Program-made: the position numbers and the translations under genes
The notes under the pieces: model-generated
Told to the model about the DNA's origin: nothing
The model's database searches: none
What the model saw: only the letters and a program-made list of their open reading frames with translations
NCBI GenBank assembly: GCA_012295275.1
Contig: CM022665.1
Span: forward strand, 36,952,001-37,016,000
DNA: 64,000 nt
Direction of reading: 5' to 3'
Source: Chrysomallon squamiferum
Taxonomy: Eukaryota > Animalia > Mollusca
Shown: positions 1 to 14,669 of the stretch, piece by piece
Layout of the letters: every line of letters begins with the position of its first letter
Numbering within the stretch: position 1 is the stretch's first letter

Positions 1-862
1 TATCTATTGCCAGCTACTGTTATGTGTATAATGAATTCATAATAATTATATTAAAATATTTATAAACTGAACCGCTTAAGTCAGTCTGCTTTATAAACTG
101 ACTTAAAAAAAAAATTTGTTGTATTTGTTTTAATGTAAAATGTGATAATTATGTAAATGATGACATATTTGTGTAGTAAATAATATACATTTTATACAGC
201 TGTTGCTAAATAAAATATTTATGGTAAGTCTTATTGCAGAAATCATGGAGCTATGTACATAAAAAAAAAAAAAATCCAGTAAAAGCAAATAGATGCACTA
301 GATTTGCTGGAGATATAAAAGGTTTAAATTGTGAACTCTTGTCCTTCTTAATCCCTTATCTTTATGTGTTTTGGAGTGAAATATTCGAAAGTATTCTCAA
401 AATAACCTTGATATATTACAAGCATGCTTATTTCTTTATGTATATAAATTAATTTTTTTTTTTTTTTTTTTTTTTCCCTTCCTTCATACTGCAGATAGTC
501 ATGTTAAAAGATTGGCTAATGTCTATCTAGGACTTCATATTTTTGTTAACTATTTTGAATTTTTGTCTGGATGTTGTTTCATCTGTGAAGCAGTATTACT
601 GAAACAAATATACATTTTTAAGGCTACTAAAGTTAGAAAGATGAAATTAACTAATGTTTTTTGCATTTTAATCTTCTTTTTCTTCATTTTTTAAAATACC
701 AATAAATGTATAATTACTAATAATGTACAGTAAACCTTGATACTATTTTACAGCAGCCCATAAGAATATTGTACAACAAACCATCATGATGTCACAGAGT
801 TAGTTTCCTTGTGAAGATTTCATTATGAAAAATAACATGTTTGACACCTAACTGTATTTTAG

Positions 863-3800
863 GAACCCGATGACCTTAACCTTGACCTGTCAGATGATGA
901 GGAACTGGCACAAGCATTTGACATGCACTCTCTAATTGTTAGCAGTCTGCAGCCTGATGAATCGGATCATATTGCCACTGCTGATGAGGTCATCAGTGAA
1001 ATAGACACAATGATGCAGGTAATTTTATTTAAAATTTAAAACTTTATAAATCCAATTTTTAATTCACAAAGCATTTTTCTGACCACATGGACATGTGACA
1101 AAAAACAAAAATGCATACTCATGAGTAGCAGACTCTGTTAATGTTTAATTTTTTATATATTAGTAAAGAAACCTATGAAATACATTATTTATAATTTAAA
1201 AATGGTAAGTGTTTAAAAAAAAAAAAAAAAAAAAGATTCATTTATAGGATTAAAACTATTCTCAAAATATCTACTTTTCTTACTGACGTCAGAATTATCA
1301 ATTTCTTTTCCCCTTGATCTTATAATATGAGAATTATTGATGTTTAAACTAATATTTATCCTCTTTTGTTTCCTGTTGACAGCTGTTCAGCAGTTCAGTT
1401 AAGTCAATATATACAAAAAGAATAATATGAATAGAATCCATACTGTTAGGTCACATTTGGCAAATTTTTAAATTAAAAGACATTTTTTTTTTTTTTTTTT
1501 AAAGGAAAAAAGGTAATAAAAGAACATTGATTTTACTTGTATAGTAATTAATGAAAATATGTAATTTCATAAGCTTTGTTTTGATATGTAACACACACAG
1601 ACGTAAAATATGCTTGGCATGTCAATAGAACTGTACTTTTTCCATAACTGCCTGATCTGTTTGTTCCTATAGTTAATATTTCAGTGTAATTCAAGCATTC
1701 TCTATGTTAATTCACCAGTTTTCCATTCCACTCACAATCCTAAAGTTTCACATCAGAAGGATGTCATTAAAAGTTTTTGTTTTCCTTTTTTTTCTTAAAC
1801 AATTACCCCAAAATGTGTTATCTTAATTAGGCATCATGTTTTTAAACAGTTTTCATTCTTAATGACATTAGTTTTTAAACAAAATATTCTGATTTATTGT
1901 TACCTATAATGCTTACTTTAACACATCTTACCTTTCAAATATCAAAAAATATCATGTTTAACAGCTTTTAAAAATTATATGTTAATACATCATAAACTTT
2001 AAAGAAATAAATTTGGACTGTTGTAATGATAATAACAACAGTTATATTCTGTGTTTCTGTATACAGTACAGTGTAAATTTACATCTTTGTTGAAAAGAAG
2101 GTAAAATATCAGTGATTACAACCAGAAGTACATAGAGAACTACATAAATATTATACAGATGATTTGATGGCAAACTATGTAAAGGGTAAAGTTTAATATA
2201 GATTAACATCCATTGTTACATTCTAACAGATAAAAGGATGAGGAATGACTATTGATGAATCTCACATACACATCTGTACATGTATTTACATGGACACTAT
2301 TATCATAATAATGAATTAATTTACAGTTTAAATATTTAATGATTTTATCAGTTTGAAGCCACAGTTTTATATATTATTATCTGAAAACAGAATAATAATA
2401 AAAAAAAGAAAAGATGGTAGCTTTTTAAAAAAAAAACAAAAAACCCAAAATAATTATTTATATAATAATGTCCCTTAGAACAATTACCTAATAAAAAATG
2501 TATTTGATCTTATTTATCACCATTATTATATATTTATAATTTTTATCAATATTTTAATTGTATGTGTTAACATATTACCTTTTGTTATTTCTTGTATTTA
2601 TCAATGAAATAAATTTATAGATGAGAAAAAGAGAAAATTTATATGGGGGTGTTTGTGATATTTTTAGAATTAATTTTTTTACAATGATTATGTACACTTC
2701 AATAAGTTGTCTTGCACATGGAAATATTTTTACATTGAAGAATAATAACGACACCACTGAACAATGTCTCATTCATTTTCAGCTATAACACTGTCTTCAT
2801 TTTAAAGAAATACATGAAAAGACTAGAATAAATTACTTGATGTAGTAGTATTTTTTTGGACAAAAATATTGTTGCAGTAAATGAAGGTGTTGTGTAATAT
2901 GGTGTATTTATATAATAATGAGTCTGTGTATGTATATAATTTTTAAATTGTCCAGCTATTACTACATAGCACAGAATCACTGTATTCTTTGTCAGCATCA
3001 TTGATTGTGTTATTTCTAACTGGTTGGTCACTGTACTACTTAATTGGCTAGTCATGTTCGTGTGCAAACAGCATTTAGGTATAGCATGGTATATTGATTA
3101 TTCCAGCAATTTGTTTTGTTGGTGATGTGGCATAAGTTTGTGTTTTTCTCATTGTATAGGTTTTCAGTACACCATTATATAATACAGAATATAATAACAT
3201 GGCCATAGAAAAAAAAAGTCTAATGAGATACGTTATCAGAGAAAAGATTATATTTGAAAAAAAAAAATGTTATTACTATTATTATTATTATTATTAAAGG
3301 TATTTCATTATAAAGAAATACATATTCTTGTTGTAGTTGTTTTTGAAATATATTTATTAATTTAAAGCAAGGCTTTGAAAATAAATGAGATTAGACTATT
3401 AAACCCTTAAAACACTTACACAAAATAGGAAACTTTTAAGGCTTTTAAATAGCATGAGTTTAAAACTATTCATTTAATTTTTTATTTATTTTTTTCTGTT
3501 TGAATTTCATTTTCAAGAATTTACCTGTTTAACAACTCTAAAATCAGATTTATCTGTCTAGACCAAGCTCAGATAAGGTGATTATTTAAGTTTCATTAAC
3601 TGTTCCTGAACAAAAGAATATTATTATTTGGGTTTTTTTGTGTTTTTTTTGGTCTAAATTGTAATTTGTTTTTCCATCCCTAATAAACCTGAGACATCTT
3701 GCATTCTCTCATACTTCTACATATCAGGGTAATTTTCATTTCCTTTCTGCCAGTAAGCCGAGCCAGAGGAATCATGTTAATTTCAATCTGAATTTTATTA

Positions 3801-6800
3801 CTTTGGGATGAAATGCTTTTTGATATTCTCAGAGTTTCATCTTGGTCACATTCTATGACGTCAAGATTCGAGTCTTATTGATCTGTTGCTGAAACCATCT
3901 GGTAATGTTTTCCTGACGGCTGGTGGTGGTTTTATTGATCGGTTCTGGGAAGACCCATGATGGGAAGGTTATCACAGAACTAATGTTAATTGATGCATTC
4001 TAGGTACATGCTCTTCTGGGACTTGTTCCACATCGTGCGTGATTAGATTGGTATCAGACAACATATACATGTATGCAGGAATTTGCTGAATACAAAACTG
4101 TTGTTGCATCATTTGTAAGACAGCTGTTTGGCTATTAAATCAATACTTTGAAAACAGCCTGTCCAGAATGATAAGTAAAAATGAAGAATTACAAAGAATT
4201 ATGTAATAAAACCATTGTATTAGTACTGTGATGATTCCTGATTTTGTCATATAAAAAGTAGAACTTAGTATATGACCTTTTTTTATCATCGTCTCTTTTT
4301 TTTTTTCTTTTTTTTTAATTAAAAATTTAAAAATAAATTTAATTGGTTCAGACAACTGTCAATTTCATTACACACCCAATACTGACTATGAAAACTAAAA
4401 TAATGTAAAGAATTGTTTTCAAATATTAACTAATGTTAAGCTACAAACTGTATATAGTTAAACCAAGACTGCAAAGTTCCACAGTAACGTTTGATTAGAT
4501 ATTATTAAAAAATATTCATCCTGTTTTTATTATTACACAGTTATTAATAAAAATCCAGTTAGAAATACTACAGGATTAGGTATTTGGATTTAGACATAAA
4601 CCATGTAGAATATATAATCTTTTTTATTGTTATTATTATTGCACTTAATATTAAATTATGTTATGCTTAATTTAATTAAACTCTTTCAATAAAATTTGTA
4701 ACTTACTTCATGGCCATCTATAAAATTTTATCAAAGACCCCCTTGAAGTTAAGAAAATATAATAGTACTTTTAACATTTAAAAAAAAAAAAGAAGTAATT
4801 TACATGATACTGCTGATTGTTATAGGCAGTTACAGGAGTTCAAAAAGATCAAAATCATGATTCAGTCTTTCGTAAGGATGATTATTTAATTCAGTAATTT
4901 TGTAAATTTCCATTCACTGGTTTGCTTACATTAACAAACAAATCAAGGCTACAGAAATTATATCTTCAGTTCTCAAACTGAACTGATATGTTTAAAAAAA
5001 ACATTGTCATATCTGTACGTCAACATAATTTGATTGTGTCTGAAAATAAAATTCAAATGGTTTTAGTTGTATTATACAAATGTTGATTTTGTAAAGAGAT
5101 GCCTAACTTCAACATTATTATGTGAATGCTTTTTGATAATTTATAAATCAGTTATTTTAAAATAACAGAAATGTTAATGTTGATGGGTATTTAGAAATTT
5201 GAAAATCATTCACCAACACAATACCAAAATTAATATAATGACATTATGAAGATGTTATGAATGTACCATGTTTTTTTTTTTTTTTTTGTTGTTGTTGTAA
5301 GAATAATATTTCAGAATGGATGGAGAAAAAATCTTCTGGCTTCAGCTTAAATGCAATAATCTTAGTTAATTTTATTTTATAATACTGTTTGAAGATTCTA
5401 TAAAATAATGTTTTAGCGTCGGCTTAATCATTTAATGATGATATCATTATCAAAAGTTGTGTTGAGTGATGTGAATTGCCTTAATTGGCCATAAAAGCAA
5501 GACACAAAGTATGAAGCATGGCTCACTGGCTGATATTAAACATTACCTGTCTGTATAGTGGTGCAGTTATTGATTGAAACACTAGAACTTGTTTTTTTCA
5601 AATAATGATATTTAAAAAAAAAGAAAGAAAGATAAATTAAAAAAAGAAAATTGCTTTTGTCTATATATTATGTGTAAAATAAAATATAATTTGAAAAATA
5701 CTTGAGTGGGGCTGAAGATAAAATACTGGACAAAGATTTGATTGGATTGAAGTCTTGGTCTTCTTTTGTCTGCCATTGCATCATTTTCCAATTCAGCCAG
5801 ACTTGTTTATCAAAGAGAATGATATATGCATTCCTGTCTGTAGAAATGTATGGATCCATTACAGCTAATTTCGTTTTTAGTTCCGTCTTTATAGAAAAAG
5901 ATAAATGATTCATGATTAATTAATATGTGTTGAGAGATTATTAACAACTATCTGTTTGTTCATATTTTTATTTTTTTATTTTTTTAACATTTTTGAAAAA
6001 TAGTATCATTTTAAAACAAAAACAAAATTAAAATAAACTGAAAGCAAATATTTTTTTTTTTTTTTTTTTTTTTTTTTCCCTACCATTTCAGCAATTTAGC
6101 TTTTTATTGCTATTGAATAAGTGGGGTGGCAACATATTTTATCATTATTTGCTATTTTATTTATTTATTTATTTATTTATATTTATATTTATTTTACAGA
6201 CCAAAGTTAAAATTACAGAACTTGATTAAATTTGATTTGTTTATTCTGTTTAGTCTGTTAATTTACAGTCAAAACTGTGAATTCAGTGAACAAACATATG
6301 ATTTCCTTATCACATGTGAATAAGGCTGCTAAAGCGTTTACCCAATACTGAAACAACACCAAAACAGCATCAACGCCCCAATGAAATTTTTACATTCTGA
6401 ATCCAGTAACAAGAAATGACACTAAAATGACACTGAAACCACCACCAAAGAAATGACTCCACAAAAAAGACACCGCAAAAAAAGGCAAATGGATAAAATG
6501 GCAGTGTGGAAATATAACAAAACATTGCACTGCATATATTTTTTATTTATTTTAGTTTTATTATTATTTTATTGATAAAACTCTTGGGACATGTTCTAAG
6601 AATGAAATCCTTAGATCTTTAGTTAGCGAATTTATAGAGTAATAAAGAATTGTTTTTGAATAAAGTCAAGACAATTTTTTTTTAAAATTCTGTGATATTA
6701 ACTACCTAAATGTATGTAATATTTTATTTTAAAAAATAAATAAATAAATAAAAATAAATAATAAAAAAAATAATAAATAAATTAAAATTTATGAACATAG

Positions 6801-9800
6801 ACAAAATTTTACATATTCGTGGTACGCATCATCATAGACAGACTATAATAAGCATGACAAAAACAATAATTATAATAAAGAATTCATAAAACATAATTAA
6901 ATTTGATATAAATTTAACTTTGTACAATGGCATTACATTATTATACTTGCATTACAAAAAAATTAAAATATTGTTCCATGTAATTTTTAATAGAGCTTTA
7001 ATACAAAGATAATTAATGACATATTTTGGAGACCTCTTTAATGAAATAATTTTTAAAAAAGTAAAAATTATATTGTAATATAATAATTAAAAAACAACAA
7101 CACAGAAGTCTTGTCATACCTAATAGTACAATCAGAAATATTTTGGAATTATACCTCTAAAGGTTTCACATTTTCATAGTGCCATTTCTACTGAGTGACT
7201 TTTTTGACTGCACTTGAACAGGACAGAGTAATTTTAGAAAGGTTCTCATAAGTAATTTTTTGTCATATGATGCATCTGCACCAGAGGTTCTCTACTGCGT
7301 CTCAACATCTGGGTCACAGTTGTCAGAAAAAATGGATGACATCAGCATAAATGATAATGATTGACACTTCTTTTTTATCTTTTATTTGCATCAAAATTTG
7401 TTGGTTGGTATGTTCAGCTACCACTGCAAAACACAGTACTAGCATAAAGACACAGTATCACCATGTCATTTCATTTTAATGGATTCATTTATTTGTGTTT
7501 CATGTCTGATACCTGCTGTTTCACTGATTCTCAGCCTTAGTTGGGAATGGATTCCCAGCCTCAGTTATATATATTTTCTCATCACATCAGTCAATTTAAT
7601 GTGAAATAATTCACTTACATCATACATTAATTTCTTGCCCTTGTGACATTTGTTTTAGTGTAAATTCATTTATCCATGATCTTTGTGACATTTAACTGAT
7701 CTTTCTTGTCATTTGTTGAGTCAACCGTTTCCTCGATTTTGGAATTTAAAAAAAATATATATATATATATTTTTTATTTTTTTTAAGCATTAGTTCAAAC
7801 ATTCAGATGAAAATAATGCATCTGTTTTGGTATATATATAAAAAAGGATAATAAAATAATAAAAACAAACCTTTCAAATTAAGGCAATTCAGAAAATAAA
7901 TAAAAATTAGAAATTGCTTACATAAGACAACTACATAATATTATTTCCCTACTTACTGTTAGTTACTAAGTATAAATGGTCTAAAAGTATTTAAATCATA
8001 GAAACAACTTTAATTATTATTTATATATTTAATTTAATTCATTTTATTCTTCATTTCTTTCTTCTTTTTTTTCTTTTTTTTTTTTTTTTTTAGTAATTTA
8101 TTATTTGAATGAAATCTCTGTTTTCAGATTACATTAGTGAAATAACTGGGCATTTTAACCAGAAATGATCAGCTATTCCTCATTAAATATTAAGAGTATT
8201 AAGTCCTAACAAGATTAATATAGTCAGATTTTAAAATGATCTAATTTTCATTCTTTATTCTTTATCTGTTTCAGCCATTTTATAAACTTGACATGTTTTG
8301 AAAAAAAATAATAAAAATAATAAAAGTAAAAAAAGTAAAAATCAATCATTTCTGATTGCTTTTTAACAATTTTCTTTCTGCAAAGGAATTTATAATTTTT
8401 TTTTTTTTCAAATTATTTGATGCCAGATTTATACATCTTTACAAATTTAATATAATTATTTTTATAGCAGCTGAATTATTTTGCTGAAAGAACAAAATAA
8501 ACACCTTAGTTGCTACGGAATTTGGAAAATTATTTCTATCAAAACTGATTAGTGTGATCACGGTACAGAAAATTACCTTAATTATTTTTCTTGCTATGTT
8601 TTCTTTGTTTGTTGTGGATTTAAGTGCATCTGCTTTTTCACTTGCAGGAACCCAACTTGGAAGATGTGCCCATGCTGTGTGGTGAGATGGTTGAGGATGA
8701 TAATTACACCAAACTGAAGGAAACACTTTCCAATTTACCAGACTACCCAGAATCAGGTAATAAACACATTTTAAAGTCTTTATAAGTTTGGCACTAATAT
8801 CCTCTGTGGGAGGAGGGGGGGTGCATTTAGTCTCTTAAGACTTTGTTTTTTTACTTAAGAAAAAACTGGTGGCAGAGAGTTGAGATAAAAGGCTAAATTG
8901 TGCAGTGCACCATTTCAGAATTATTTATGGAAGCCAGATTAAACTCTCGTTAAAGACTGAACTAATAAGTACATTTGCATAATTTTGATGTCATTTGAAA
9001 TGAAAATAAGGTGCTGTTACAAATGGATAAATGTCCAAATTTTGTCAAATGATTAATAATTTAATATAATAATTTGGATATTTTTCATCTTCACTGATAA
9101 TACTTTACAAAAACAAACCTATTATATTAGCTATTGACTGGAATTTTTTTTTTTTTTTTTTTTTTGGCAACTTGGAAAGGTGATTTATTAATGTACCTAT
9201 CAATCTACTAAAGACCATTAATTTACTAATTTGTTAAGCTCAATAATTCTCTTTTATACAACAGCATTTCCAGCTTTTCAGGAAGAAAGAGAATTTACAT
9301 TGTAATTTAATGGCATCTTTAAAGAAAATAAACATTAAATAATGTTATATATAACCCTTCAAAAAGAAAAATAAATGTAATAAATAACAAGGCTTTGAAA
9401 TGCTGTTTGATCTAAGATGACCAATTTTTTTTTTTTTTTTTTTTTTTTCCTGACTTTATTTTATGAAGGAAATCTACTCAAGTAAGCAGATCAATAAGTA
9501 AAGCTTCCTGTGAAATTTGATCAGTACTTCAGTCTTACAAACATCTCAGATTTTGCTTTGTTCAGAAAAAAAGCTGTTATTAGTTCTTTTTTCCTTCATC
9601 CTTTTTTTAAATTTTTTTTTTTTAAAGAAGAAGAAGAAAGATGTTTAACCAATTAATATGTGGGGTAAAAAGGTTTCTTCATATTTTTATGTGATCAGTT
9701 ACAATAGGCTGGAAGTAGGCATTAAAACGACTAGATTCCACGCTTCCCTGCATTAATCAATAGAATATTGATCCAGCCCTTGTTCATAAGCTGTTTTTCA

Positions 9801-12800
9801 TTAATACTGCTCCTACTATAGCCAGAATGTTTGGCTGAAGGTTAATGCAGCTTACATTGATTGAATGTTTAGAGACAGTGAGAATCCACAAGTCTGAATT
9901 TTATTTATTATTTTCATTTATTTTTCTTATCTTTTTTGTATTCTGCTTCTCCAGTTTAAAAAGGGAAATGATTTCTGGAGTTAAATGCTCATCTTTCTGA
10001 ATAATGAAGTTTTTCGGTATTTCTATTCATAATTAATATATATTTGATTCTAATTAATATATATTTATTAATATGAGTGGGTATGAGAATCTACAGTTAT
10101 ATATTAACACTGTTTACTTTATGTTCAGAAATAGAATTTTATAAAACAAATGTTCTGTGAGATGCCTCCAGATACCTGGCTACATTTGTAATGGCTAATG
10201 GTTACATATGCTGCAGAATGTAAATGGCAACACACATGTTACATATTGTAAATGATGAAACACAGGATACAAACTGTAAATGCTGTACATACACAATACA
10301 GTGGAAAACAAATATTATAAAAGTTACCTACAACACTGATTGTTCATAAAATAGTATATTTAATACTTTACGTCGATAACAAAAATGAACAAACTAAATT
10401 ATTCAGAATATAAATTGTTTATTAAATCAGATCTAAAAAAAAAAAAAAAAATTTGTTCCATTTTCAGTATTTGTTTTATGAAAAGTAATGGATTTTTTAC
10501 TTTTTTCTCACACTTTTTTTTTTTTTTTTTTTTTGGCGTTATTCTATTTTGTTAGTTGGAAAATAATCAATATGTAATTAACACGGCCTAAGATTTTTTT
10601 TTTACTTATTTGTGTTTGTGCTTATCAGAAGTCTCGGTAGATTTCTTTCATCAAACTTTTATGGTTAGTCAACAACTTTTAATCAATACTTTATTTCTAA
10701 CCTCTTTCCAGGTTTGTAGATCATTTCCTTTTTGTTGATATTAAACCTAAGTGCATGAAATAATAGTTTTGGTTTTCTTTATAAAAATAATTACTTACGG
10801 AGAGTTTTTAATTTTTTTTCTTGAGAAAATATAATTATTGTTGTTGTTGTTATTAGTATTATTCTCTACTTCTGTATATGAAAGAGAAAAAAAAATGAGC
10901 CATTTTGTTATTTTCATGATCTGTAATAAAACCTGAATATAACTCTTTTTTTTTGCCATTATAAATTTTCAGATTCTTTGAGTTTGAAAGCAAATGACAT
11001 TTAACTTTATTGTTTTATTTCATAATGTCACTTCATTAATTCTCTTTGTGTGCAGTCTTCATTTTCCTAATGGTTTTTTTATTTCTGCTGGTATCAGGAT
11101 GCCCTGACCACTCTAATGATTTTCCATATATAGCAGTGAATATTGAGACAGTTTTGTTATTTGGTCTTTAGCATCCTGACTTTCTATACAGCAGCAATTC
11201 TTTAACCAGAATATTGGTCCTCGGGAGAATTCAAGATGGAAGATAATTATTCTAGTATTATTTTGTCATTATCCAACTTGTTCCCCAAAATCTTACAATG
11301 GTACTTCTTTATGGTAGGACTGCATGTTCGTTGAAAACTCTAGAAATTTAGCAAAGAGATAATTTCGGGGCTTGGATTTTTTTCAGAAAACATGGCAGAA
11401 ATATATGTTTCATTAAACTGTAATTTTATATTTTGTAGTATGCAGCTTTGAATATTTTTTCTTGTCTTACCTTGTTTATTATTAAATACACAGGTTATTT
11501 TAAAAGCAGAACGAATCTTAGTATAACGTAAAAAAAATTGTTTTTGTTTTGTTGTGTGTGAGTGAGCATTTTACTTTTATTTTGTTTTTGATTCTTTGAA
11601 AAAAAGTGAGAGGAAAAAATAGTTTTGTTAGTTAATTAATATTATTAGTTTAGGAAATTTATATATTTACTTATTTATTAAGTTCTTAATTATCTTTTAT
11701 ATTGATTTTTGTTTTTTTAATTATCTTTTATGTTGAATTTTGTTTTTTTAATTTGATTTGATTTTTATTTTATTTTATTTTATTTTATTTTATTTTATTT
11801 TATTTTATTTTATTTTATTTTATTTTTATTTTACAGATCTGAAGATGATGACAACAGCACAACTTCATGAAGTGCTGGCCGAGTATGAGCTGACAATCAA
11901 AGAACTGAACGAAACACTCGTGCTGGAACTAGCCCTTCGAGATGAGCGGGAGTTTGACAAGGAACTGAAGAACCAGTTCATATCCCTGCTGTTGACAATT
12001 CAGAAGAAAAGGCGAGAAGGAAATGTTGACAAGAAGAAAAAGAAATCCAAACCATCCAATCACTATAATGTGAATAACAACAACAACCTCTCACCTGAAG
12101 CGGGAGCTGTGAGTGTAGTTTGTTATTATTAATAATATTTTTATTTTTATTTTGGTTTGGGTTTTGGTTTTGGTTTTGGTGTCATTTTTTGATTTAAGTC
12201 AAAAGTGGGGAAGGTTATTTTGCTTTCTTTAAAAAAAAAAAAAAAAAAAAATCTCATTCCAAATTTTATATTGTGATAAATAAAGCAGTCAAATTTAATA
12301 ATTAAGAACATGCTGTGTAGTTTTATTGATCGGTTTCAAATACTGGTAGAGTTTATACAGGACACTGTTAATTTAATTATTAATTGATTAACTCTGGCTG
12401 GATCCGGTATCAGGATATTTCATCTTGCTATTATATTGTGAAGATAATTTATAAAAAAAATAAAAAAATAAAATTAAAATATCAAAAAGTATATTTTATG
12501 CACCAGACAGGAATGAAGAGACTACTACATATTTAGATCAAACTGATTTTAAAAGAAAGTTAAATTCTGAAAAGCAACCAAAATGCTACCAAATGAATAG
12601 TTTTGTTATTTTATTTTATTTTATTTTATTTTATTGATTTATTGGTTTTAAATTTATATATATTATTTTATTTTATTTTATTTTATTGATTTTTTTCCCT
12701 TTCTTTCAATGATGGGGTGTTTTGTGTTATTTTTAACTGAAGTTTTGACCCTGTATTTTAGAATCTTTATCCATTGTTTCAGAGACACTTTGTGTGCAGT

Positions 12801-13915
12801 TTTAATTAAAACTTTGTAAATATTAACATATTTATAAATTTACCTCTGTATTTTTTTAGCTGAGTTGCTATATTGTCAGTTATTTAATTCTGATTTTAAA
12901 ATGTGTATTTTCAGTTTTTAACAACTGTCATCCCATACCATCAACATCAGGGACCGCCTTCCTCTGAACAGCTACAGATATACATAAAAAGTAAGCTAAT
13001 TTTTTTATCTCATCACATTGTAATTAAATTTTTTTTTTACTTAAAAAATGCTTCATTTCTGCTATATAGGGATCACTTTGTAATTAGTTCTTATCTTTAA
13101 TGTAAATGGCAAATCATTTTTTTTGCATTTTCTTCTATTTCATTTGTTTTAAATCTTGACAAATGTGTTTTTGACCATAATTGTTTCAGTTTATAGCTGC
13201 CAGTCATTATAACTTAAAAGTTTAATTGTAGCATAAAAATGTTTAAAATATAAAAAATTATTACATCCACAAATTAACGTGATAATTTGTTAAATTTGTT
13301 ATTTTTGCGTATATGAAAATTATATTATTATAAGCAGTTCATTACAGTTTCCCTTTATTTTCAATTATTAATTAACTGTGTCTTTTACAATTAGTTTTGC
13401 AGGCCATTAATGAAGATAGTGTCACCGTGCCCACTCTGCTGACAGACTACATACTAAAAGGTAAGAAAATCAATACACTGCACATCTAACTTAAAATTTT
13501 ATCATGGATCTTATTTAATTAATAAGCAAGCTGTGTATCTATTACACATTCATCACTGAACTAAAGCTGTTTTAGTAAATCAATCCTCATATATGCACAC
13601 ACACAACACTTTATTCTCCTATTTCAAGCTTTTTTATAAAAAAATATATATATACATTACATACAGGTCGTTTGTTTATGTCAAATTGATTAAGTAAAAT
13701 CCAATATGTGTTTGCATATACTTTTCAAAACCATGATTGTTTTTTGTGAGTGTGGTATGTTTATTTATATGTGTAAGTTGGTCAGTAAAAGGGTGTGTAC
13801 ATGTGTGTGTGTCTAAATGGTTGTGAGTGTGTGTGCATGCTTGTGTGTGTATATGCGTATGTTTATAATTTATCATATTATTTTTGCTTACTTTTCAGTC
13901 TTGTGCCCAACATAA
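863..13915 (+). CDS. FEZ: Fasciculation and elongation protein zeta (FEZ1/FEZ2, UNC-76 family), 3' portion; 5' exons lie upstream of the window
   Basis: Phase-consistent GT-AG exons 863-1018, 8648-8756, 11837-12108, 12915-12990, 13395-13460, 13899-13915. They encode DEELAQAFDMHSLIVS...TADEVISEIDTMMQ, the coiled coil LVLELALRDEREFDKELKNQFISLLLTIQKKRRE, YL/FL-TTVIPY and the family-diagnostic C-terminus VPTLLTDYILKVLCPT*. Confidence 0.95.
11762..11832. repeat. (ATTTT)n pentanucleotide repeat forming the pyrimidine tract of a FEZ exon
   Basis: About 13 copies of ATTTT immediately before the 11837 acceptor. Confidence 0.95.
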
Positions 13916-14085
13916 TCCTTTGAAGATTTCACTTTCATTAGCAGAACAGTAAGAAGCTGACAGTACTTCATAGTAATCTCTTATTTTTAAAGTTTATTAT
14001 CATTATTATTTGTTGTTTCTGTTGTTTTTTTTTTGTTTTTTTTTCTTAATTCCAAATTCTTTATAGTGCTTGTTTTGTTTGATCC

Positions 14086-14118
<33 letters not shown>

Positions 14119-14447
14119 AATTTCGTAGGTTATTTGTGGCCTTTGTTATTGTTTATATTGTGATAAATATAAATTAGCCATATCGCCTCAAGGCAACTTG
14201 ATCCAGTCATCATTTAACATTTCACTGATGTAGTGGAATGTTTATGGTGTATGCAGCTTTATCTGTGCTAATTTCTATGAAAAAGAGGCAAGAAGATACT
14301 ATTGATATTTGTAATGTTGATATAATACTTTTTTAAAAGATGTATGTTTCTTTAGAAGCATAATGTTGACCTGAGCTGTGGTTTCTTGAAGGCTGTGGAT
14401 GTATATGTCTCGCTGTATCTTGGTCGTGTTGTACATAGTTAAAATTA

Positions 14448-14669
14448 CAAGTTGATTATCTTATATCCGAAATCCTCAGACACCAACATTCAGTAAGTTT
14501 CAAGACTTACTTGTTGAGAAAACAAAATTAAATGAAACATGTAACAAAATTAATACATGTATATAACTTTATAAAAAATATATATATATATATGTGTGTG
14601 TGTGTGTTTATTTTGCATAAAGAAAGCTTTTGAAGCTTTTCAGATTTCGGAAAATGGAATGTCAACCTG
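14448..14669. mobile_element. Tigger/pogo-like (Tc1-mariner superfamily) MITE downstream of the FEZ stop codon
   Basis: Imperfect terminal inverted repeats CAAGTTGATTATCTTATATCCGAAATC ... GATTTCGGAAAATGGAATGTCAACCTG flanked by TA on both sides (14446-14447, 14670-14671); 222 bp with no ORF. Confidence 0.7.

Noticed and set aside
5435-5533. Box C/D-like motifs (ATGATGA...CTGA) in a FEZ intron
   Set aside because: No properly placed terminal stem or recognisable rRNA guide; such motifs are expected by chance.
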